In this document: positions 59,001 through 64,000 of the stretch, piece by piece
How the letters are laid out: the number at the start of each line of letters is the position of its first letter
Numbering within the stretch: position 1 is the stretch's first letter
Virus record (IMG/VR): IMGVR_UViG_3300032007_001727
Direction: 5' to 3' (one strand)
Source of the DNA: a virus
Lineage: Duplodnaviria; Caudoviricetes
Length of the DNA: 64,000 nt
The notes under the pieces: model-generated
Databases searched by the model: none
What the model was told of the DNA's origin: nothing
Seen by the model: the letters and a program-made list of their open reading frames with translations, nothing else
Position numbers and translations under genes: made by a program

Positions 59001-60906
59001 ATATGCTTAATGTGAGATAGTCTTGAGAATAGTCATGTGCCGGATTATAGATACAGTTCTCCGTCACGACGCTGCTTACACGCCCCCTATACTGTGAATA
59101 GGCTTCAACAATGGTGTCTGCCGTTATTGGTATGGGTACGTCATACAAGATATAACTTCCACTTTGGTCTAGTCTGTAGTATATCACAGAACCTTGCGTC
59201 GAACATTCAATTGTCACTTGTGTGCCGTTGCACATTATAACCGGAGAAGTTAACTGAACGGGGCTATATATGCAGTTTTCGGTTACCGTGGCACTTTTGG
59301 TACCGCCTATCTGAGCATACGCTTGAACAATTGTGTCCGCCGTGATTTCTATTTCCTCAGAATACAACGCATAGTCACCGGTTTCATTTAGTCTGTAGTA
59401 AATGTCCGCATTTGAGGTATCTGATACGATTGTGACTATTTCACCGTCACAATATATGGTCGGCCGCTTGACATCACTCTCGTATTGGCAGTGATATGAT
59501 GTAATAGGACTTTTCTCACTGTCAATTTCAGCATATGCTTGTACGAATGTGTCATCATAGATTGTAAATGCCGAGGAATAGACCAAATACACTCCGGTAC
59601 CGTTTAAGCGATAGCGGATGGTTGCCCCCACGGTATCACAAGCCATTGTGACCTCATTGTTATTACATGCGATGGTAGGAGCGGCAATATTCGTCAGTTT
59701 CGATATTTGGAAATTCTTGACGTTAATGTTTGAATATCTGTATGCCCCGCCGCTAGCATTCATGGCATATCCAATCGTCACCTTAAGATATTTAAGTTCT
59801 TCAATATCCGGGAACTTGGCGTTTTTTGAGTATATAACCGCACCGTTTACCATATTCTCACATACAAATATATTGGTGCTTGCTGTAGGATTATATGTTA
59901 TCCTCAGATTATATTCAGCCGTTGTTCCGGTTAATAATGTAGGACTTATTGTCGTATTTGTATTATTTGTACCGCTGAACTGCGTACCCAATATAATGTA
60001 CTTGTTTGTTGATGTCTGTCTCAATTGAAAACCATACCAAGGCTCCGGCGTGGCTCTCTTCATCGTCAGTATATTATGGTGATTCTCGTCTTGGTTTGGC
60101 GGTTGGTTGGAGAAGTCAATCGTGAAATTGAAGTCAATGACAAAACCTTGGGTCAAGTCAAACGCATAATATTCCGTGTTGACACCGTCACCGCTGAATG
60201 ACTTTACACCGTCCGGGTTATTGCTAGTATCGATAGCATATCCAACGATAACCTCTTCTCCATTCTCATCATATGCTATTTGCTGCGTGTCAATGTTTCC
60301 GCTTGGGTCGATTACCTCATTGGTCCTTTCACTAGGTTCACCGTCTGAACCGTACACAATGGTTGTGACGCTCGTGCTTTCCGTACCATCTTCGTTCTCA
60401 GTTACGGTTGTTGTGATATTTGTTAGTTCATCGGTGTCCTCATTTATTACAGTTTCACTTGATGTCTCACTGCTTGAGCCGCTTGAATAGGTTATCACTG
60501 CGTCCATTGTCGCCGAAAGTTCACCGTATTCAGCCCTTATCGTTATTTGGTTTCCATTTGCGGTATTGTTGATTATTAACAAGCCATTAGCACCGAAAGA
60601 GGCATATTGTAAGCCGCTGTCAAGTGACCATGTGGCATTGTTCACTTCCCTTCCGTTCACCAATGCAACATACGTACAAGATTCACTAGTCACACTCTTT
60701 GCACCGCTGATTTCCAAGTTGCTGTATGACCTTCCGGCAAACTTGAATGATGTAACCGCACTAGTGGTTGCAGTTGTCACCCAAGTCCCGTTCTGTTTCA
60801 CGAAAACATTTGAAATGCTTCCGCTAGTCCACACTCCGTTCTGCTTGATTCCGAATCCGTTAACCTCAGACAAGGAACCATCGTTCTTAAAAAATACTCT
60901 CGTCAT
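56080..60906 (-). CDS. 1608-aa fibre/surface protein: Ig-like, lectin-like, Fn3-associated (CHB_HEX_C-like) repeats, LRR-like segment, C-terminal GH2 glycoside hydrolase
   Basis: Four IYYRL...Y..Y...I....DT.V.AY repeats. GH2 motifs: HWGGYNAF, GDFN, RGVCMHDD, IRLAHYPH, NHPCIIFWSLSNE, SEYG, NDKGLV..D...KKDAFYLYKA.W. Confidence 0.85.
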   Translation of the reverse strand: MTRVFFKNDGSLSEVNGFGIKQNGVWTSGSISNVFVKQNGTWVTTATTSAVTSFKFAGRSYSNLEISGAKSVTSESCTYVALVNGREVNNATWSLDSGLQYASFGANGLLIINNTANGNQITIRAEYGELSATMDAVITYSSGSSSETSSETVINEDTDELTNITTTVTENEDGTESTSVTTIVYGSDGEPSERTNEVIDPSGNIDTQQIAYDENGEEVIVGYAIDTSNNPDGVKSFSGDGVNTEYYAFDLTQGFVIDFNFTIDFSNQPPNQDENHHNILTMKRATPEPWYGFQLRQTSTNKYIILGTQFSGTNNTNTTISPTLLTGTTAEYNLRITYNPTASTNIFVCENMVNGAVIYSKNAKFPDIEELKYLKVTIGYAMNASGGAYRYSNINVKNFQISKLTNIAAPTIACNNNEVTMACDTVGATIRYRLNGTGVYLVYSSAFTIYDDTFVQAYAEIDSEKSPITSYHCQYESDVKRPTIYCDGEIVTIVSDTSNADIYYRLNETGDYALYSEEIEITADTIVQAYAQIGGTKSATVTENCIYSPVQLTSPVIMCNGTQVTIECSTQGSVIYYRLDQSGSYILYDVPIPITADTIVEAYSQYRGRVSSVVTENCIYNPAHDYSQDYLTLSILSGGTIKWNSIGSGQAKTIQYSLNNGQWTSITASTATTITVAAGDSLRLKGTNVSYASSKSNYSGFEGGTATFNAEGNIMSLIYGDNFLNKTTFSGGTYNFCSLFKLSSVVSAENLVLPCTTLTEYCYRALFSKCTTLTTAPKLPALTLTKGCYWYMFEECGIQSAPELLAPILVQECYGNMFTGCTHLNFIKCLAIDGFNASNCKQNWVKSVSSSGTFVKDSGVSVTTWTRGASGIPTSWVVVDETAITPPEIMYDGFSIISLSCSTVNANIYYRLDKNGAYSGYSSPITITADTTIEAYSELNTDTSRTVSEYCQYVSDVPYEASNRDLTSWRYNGQTVSTPYSVNAIDGHSSSYAKGEFTFETSFALREKHPAYLWFQHADQSASIYIDNTLVEKHWGGYNAFFTDISEYVHSGTNEVMVVLKNNEGNKLAPAAGDFNFNATLGNVKLFTSEYMPLPEYGYDGFHVTSTVSSDTATINVMTTIPSGASVTLTIDDGTYHHTETKASENEEIIFITTISNPHLWNGTSDPHLYTITMEIRHNGDLYHRYVRPYGLRYYEYVIDDTEKVGTAQNPYTGFLLNGSPYLLRGVCMHDDIDGKANALTDSDYTQTFSIIQELGCNFIRLAHYPHPKEVYDRCDALGIVVQTEVPCVNKMQTTMPNEYYTHLEGQYTDMVNQHYNHPCIIFWSLSNETTTDDKNFAKGKIESYTSIIKNLDSDRWVGYVLSQGNSTNPSAYFNNPNVDWFGCNIYVGWYDQPNMNTPVNQLNTRTANTITALHKPMAFSEYGCGGTQRCHSDDFMTTTTRGNYERHDIEYMMWLHEGHIATIKQYPQLLFTAQWQLFDIAVYNRNEGYTVCLDGENTSIDDNLRRLNDKGLVERDHRTKKDAFYLYKAWWNPAPFIHICGKNYTKTVDRVIKCYTNDGNSASLYVNDTFIETVTVTNNIASFTARTFTSGDTVRVQTTNSSDSFEI

Positions 60907-60908
60907 GT

Positions 60909-61595
60909 CTATACCGTCGTTTGTACAAAAATATCTCCATTATTTCCTTGGTCGGAACTTGGCGTATTTGTACCGGTATAGATGCTAGACAACGTTACGA
61001 GTGTCCAAGCACCGTCAACGACCATTAATACCTTTCCATTATCTGCGCTAGTGACACTTGGCAGTCCGCCGACATTTCCAAGGTCTATGGTTACGCTTGA
61101 GGAGGAATTAAGGGTAAAGGTACCGGCAGTCGTTCCGTTTATTGTTATTGTAATTGTGGAATCATTTACAGTCGGTATTGTCGGCTTGTTCAAAATCTGA
61201 GCAACACCGCTGCTTGCATTCCAATCAGACTGTGTAGATGCATTCGTCCTAATCGTACTTAAGTCATTTATCACGTCTTGTTTTTCATCGAGTCTTTCAT
61301 TCAAATCATTTAATGCTGCTGCCGTTATCTCTTCATTCTCGATAATAACGTCCGTAACAGTCAATGCGCTATTCGAACCGGTGAATCCACTTCCCAATTT
61401 CTGTTCCGTATAGTAGTCATCGGAGGAGAATCTTACAATTTCACTGTTCGAATTCTTTATCGATATGGTCTCATACCCATCAGCATAGTTTACGGCCACC
61501 TCTCCCTCTAGCAATGAATTGCTCAACGGGAGTTTCGGTTGCCCATCGTTTATAACATTACTTTTAATGTGTTGAATATGTTCGATATTTTTCAT
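60909..61595 (-). CDS. Tail-fibre-like structural protein
   Basis: LLEGEVAVN, QSDWN...ILNKPTIP, LPSVTSADNGKVL.VVDGAW, YTGT..P...G.NGD. Confidence 0.65.
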   Translation of the reverse strand: MKNIEHIQHIKSNVINDGQPKLPLSNSLLEGEVAVNYADGYETISIKNSNSEIVRFSSDDYYTEQKLGSGFTGSNSALTVTDVIIENEEITAAALNDLNERLDEKQDVINDLSTIRTNASTQSDWNASSGVAQILNKPTIPTVNDSTITITINGTTAGTFTLNSSSSVTIDLGNVGGLPSVTSADNGKVLMVVDGAWTLVTLSSIYTGTNTPSSDQGNNGDIFVQTTV

Positions 61596-61727
61596 GATTT
61601 ATATTAGTTTCCTTATAAATAGTGTGAAAAAACTAATTTATCACCTAATATTTGTAAAAAATTTTCAAAAAGAAAAAATGCAGCCGCTTATGACTGCATT
61701 TTTATCAATTATTTGAATTGATTTAAA

Positions 61728-61760
61728 GAAAGGTGGTCAGATATTGACCACCTTTTTTAT
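61728..61760. terminator. Hairpin terminator after the LRR gene
   Basis: aaaggtggtca-gatat-tgaccaccttt. Confidence 0.75.
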
Positions 61761-61762
61761 TG

Positions 61763-62626
61763 TTATTGTTCGACCTTTGTCCAATAATACAATTTACTCA
61801 ACCAATCATCATAGCCGCTGCTACCTTGTGGAACATAGAGAGTACCATTAGTCTTAACTCTATAAAAAGTATTATTTGTTGTTGTTGGTGCTGTTGTGGC
61901 AAGCGAGGTTATTGCTGATAAACTACTACAATAACCGAAAGCATTACTACCAATACTTGTAACACCACTACCAATTGTACAAGTTGTCATAGCAGAACAA
62001 CTTTGAAAAGCATAATCACCAACGTTAGTAACAGTATTTGGTATTGTTATATTTGTTAAACTAGAACATTGGGTGAAAGCACCACGACTGATGCTTGTAA
62101 CACCACTGCCAATATTGCAAGTTGTTAAGGCAGTACAACCAGCGAAAGCACTATCAATAATGCTTGTAACACTGTCCGGTATCGTTATGCTTGTTAAACT
62201 AGAACAATTTCGGAAAACATCATCATCAATACGTGTAATGCCACTTGGAATTGTTATGCTTGTTAAACTAGTACAATCTTGGAAAGCATTATAACCAATG
62301 CTTGTAACACCACTGCCAATTGTACAAGTTGTCATTGCAGAACATCCTCTGAAAGTCATGGGACTAATACTTGTACAAGGTTCGCCAATTTCAGCACTGA
62401 CACAAGTTGCGCTGTAATCCCTTATCATTGCTTGTGTAAGTTGTCCACTTCCTTCAATTTTAACAACTTCACCATTGTTAAGGGTTAATTTACATAATGG
62501 TGGAGGAATGGGATTATAATGCACATCACCCTCAGCAGCACAAAGTGATACATTTGGTTTCGGGTAGTCTGTTGCAACATATGCCGTATAATCAGCATGT
62601 GTTGCAAATTCTTTAACATATTTCAT
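61763..62626 (-). CDS. BspA-type leucine-rich repeat (LRR_5) protein
   Basis: About 7 repeats of IGSGVTSI...AF..C.SLTSITIP. Confidence 0.9.
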   Translation of the reverse strand: MKYVKEFATHADYTAYVATDYPKPNVSLCAAEGDVHYNPIPPPLCKLTLNNGEVVKIEGSGQLTQAMIRDYSATCVSAEIGEPCTSISPMTFRGCSAMTTCTIGSGVTSIGYNAFQDCTSLTSITIPSGITRIDDDVFRNCSSLTSITIPDSVTSIIDSAFAGCTALTTCNIGSGVTSISRGAFTQCSSLTNITIPNTVTNVGDYAFQSCSAMTTCTIGSGVTSIGSNAFGYCSSLSAITSLATTAPTTTNNTFYRVKTNGTLYVPQGSSGYDDWLSKLYYWTKVEQ

Positions 62627-62743
62627 AATTTTCTAAATAAAGATTTTTTAAAAATGAGTTATTATTTTTCTTACTATAAATACTTTATTAATCTTTAAAA
62701 AGAAATATTTTTACCTATATTTATATAGGAAAAAACTATATTA

Positions 62744-63133
62744 ATGGCTAAGAAACAGTATTTTGGTATAAAGTATCCATTTACATCAGATGACTTCCAA
62801 AAGTTCTATGTAGATGTTAATTCCGACACCAAGGACAAGGTGAGGAGTCAACTCATGCACGTTGTATTCACGCCAAAGGGTCAAAGGATAAGGATGCCGG
62901 AATTCGGTACGGACTTGATAAAATTCATATTTGACCCGGACGAGGGAATCACGTGGGAATCAATCAAGAGTGAGGTGAGCGAGTCTGTTAACAGATGGAT
63001 TAATAATGTTAAGGTTAATGACATACAAGTTGTCAAGAATGAGAATGATGACTCTGAGATATATGTGAGACTCGATTACAGCGTCATTGAGGGGAATAAG
63101 GTTACAAACGATAGCATAGGCGTAAAGATATAA
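62744..63133 (+). CDS. Baseplate wedge subunit, gp25-like
   Basis: GIKYPF, FTPKGQRIRMPEFGTDL..FIFDP. Confidence 0.85.
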   Translation: MAKKQYFGIKYPFTSDDFQKFYVDVNSDTKDKVRSQLMHVVFTPKGQRIRMPEFGTDLIKFIFDPDEGITWESIKSEVSESVNRWINNVKVNDIQVVKNENDDSEIYVRLDYSVIEGNKVTNDSIGVKI

Positions 63134-64000
63134 TGGGTAAGAAAATGACCAAGGAGGAGTTTGCTGAAAGGTCTAAGGCTGTTCATGGAGACAAGTATGA
63201 CTATTCAATGGTCGATTACGTAAATAATAGAACCAAGGTTTGTATAATCTGCCCAAAACATGGAGAATTTTGGCAAACCCCTAGTGACCATTTGTTAGGA
63301 AAAGGATGCAAAAGATGCAGTGTTGAGAAAAACCATAAACTAATGAGTAGTGAGGAATGGATTAAACTCGCAAAGAAACATTCTAGTGAGCCTTATGACT
63401 ACTCAAGAGTTGAATACAAAGGAAACAAGAAAAAGGTAGAAATAATTTGTCCGAAGCACGGTCCGTTTCATATCAGACCAAATGATTTCCTAAGTGGACA
63501 CCGGTGCCCGAAATGCGGAATTGAAAACCGAGTCAGTAAAGTCTCAACCAAACAATGCGAATTCATTAGGAAACTCCATTCAGTATTTCCGGAATATGAC
63601 ACCTCTGAGGTTGAATATATAAACTCACATACAAAAGTTAGGCTATACTGTAACAGACACGGTTGGTTTGAGTCTCTGCCATATCACTTGCTAAGTGGAC
63701 ACGGATGTTATAAATGCGGGCAGGAATCGACCCATAACAAGCAGAGAAAAAGCCTAGAGACCTTCATCAGAGAAGCAAAGTCAGTCCATGGAGACAAGTA
63801 TGATTACTCCAACTCTGAATACTTGAACAGAGATTCAAAGTTATGCATAGTATGTCCGAAGCACGGTGAATTTTGGCAAACGCCACACGCCCATGTTGAC
63901 TTGCACCGTGGATGTCCGATATGCAACAACAGCCTTCTAGAGGAAAGAATCTCAAAGGTTCTAGACGGTGAGGGAATAAAATTTGAACGTGAGAAGAAAT
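63133..64000 (+). CDS. DUF723-repeat homing endonuclease (runs off the window; absent from ORF track)
   Basis: MGKKMTKEEFAERSKAVHGDKYDYS...CPKHGEFWQTP repeats; TAATG overlap with gp25. Confidence 0.85.
   Translation, partial: MGKKMTKEEFAERSKAVHGDKYDYSMVDYVNNRTKVCIICPKHGEFWQTPSDHLLGKGCKRCSVEKNHKLMSSEEWIKLAKKHSSEPYDYSRVEYKGNKKKVEIICPKHGPFHIRPNDFLSGHRCPKCGIENRVSKVSTKQCEFIRKLHSVFPEYDTSEVEYINSHTKVRLYCNRHGWFESLPYHLLSGHGCYKCGQESTHNKQRKSLETFIREAKSVHGDKYDYSNSEYLNRDSKLCIVCPKHGEFWQTPHAHVDLHRGCPICNNSLLEERISKVLDGEGIKFEREKK

Noticed and set aside
167-63955. Many short antisense or nested ORFs in the track (e.g. 6218-6826, 7228-7728, 59618-60028, 63767-63955)
   Set aside because: Shadows of longer motif-bearing genes, with no promoter or motif support
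1-64000. TAG-recoded genetic code as in Lak megaphages
   Set aside because: Standard-code ORFs are long and tile the window; several genes end at TAG with the next gene starting right after

Overview
This is a 64-kb segment of a large T4-like (myovirus-type) jumbo phage genome in the standard genetic code. Repeated TTTG-N19/20-TAnnTTTG promoters point to a Bacteroidota host. In order, it carries: a giant tail/baseplate protein with lysozyme and amidase-like domains; a replication block (gp32-like SSB, thymidine kinase, RecA/UvsX, 5'-3' exonuclease, DnaB-like helicase); and a class II ribonucleotide reductase fractured by a split intein around a free-standing endonuclease. Next comes a self-contained compact CRISPR locus: host-type promoter, ~180-nt structured omega/tracr-like RNA with an anti-repeat, 8 repeats of 36 nt, a 500-aa TnpB/Cas12f-like RuvC effector and a terminator, with no cas1/cas2 in the window. 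Two of its spacers match the phage's own genes from their first base. Further on are a neck protein and two IS607-family elements with reconstructable insertion sites (one splits a homing endonuclease, one splits tRNA-Arg(CCT)). The rest holds a 13-kb array of shuffled paralogous small genes, tRNA-Leu(TAA), HNH and Nudix genes, a 1608-aa fibre-like protein ending in a GH2 glycosidase, an LRR protein and a gp25-like baseplate gene. All calls come from motif recognition by eye; no database searches were run.
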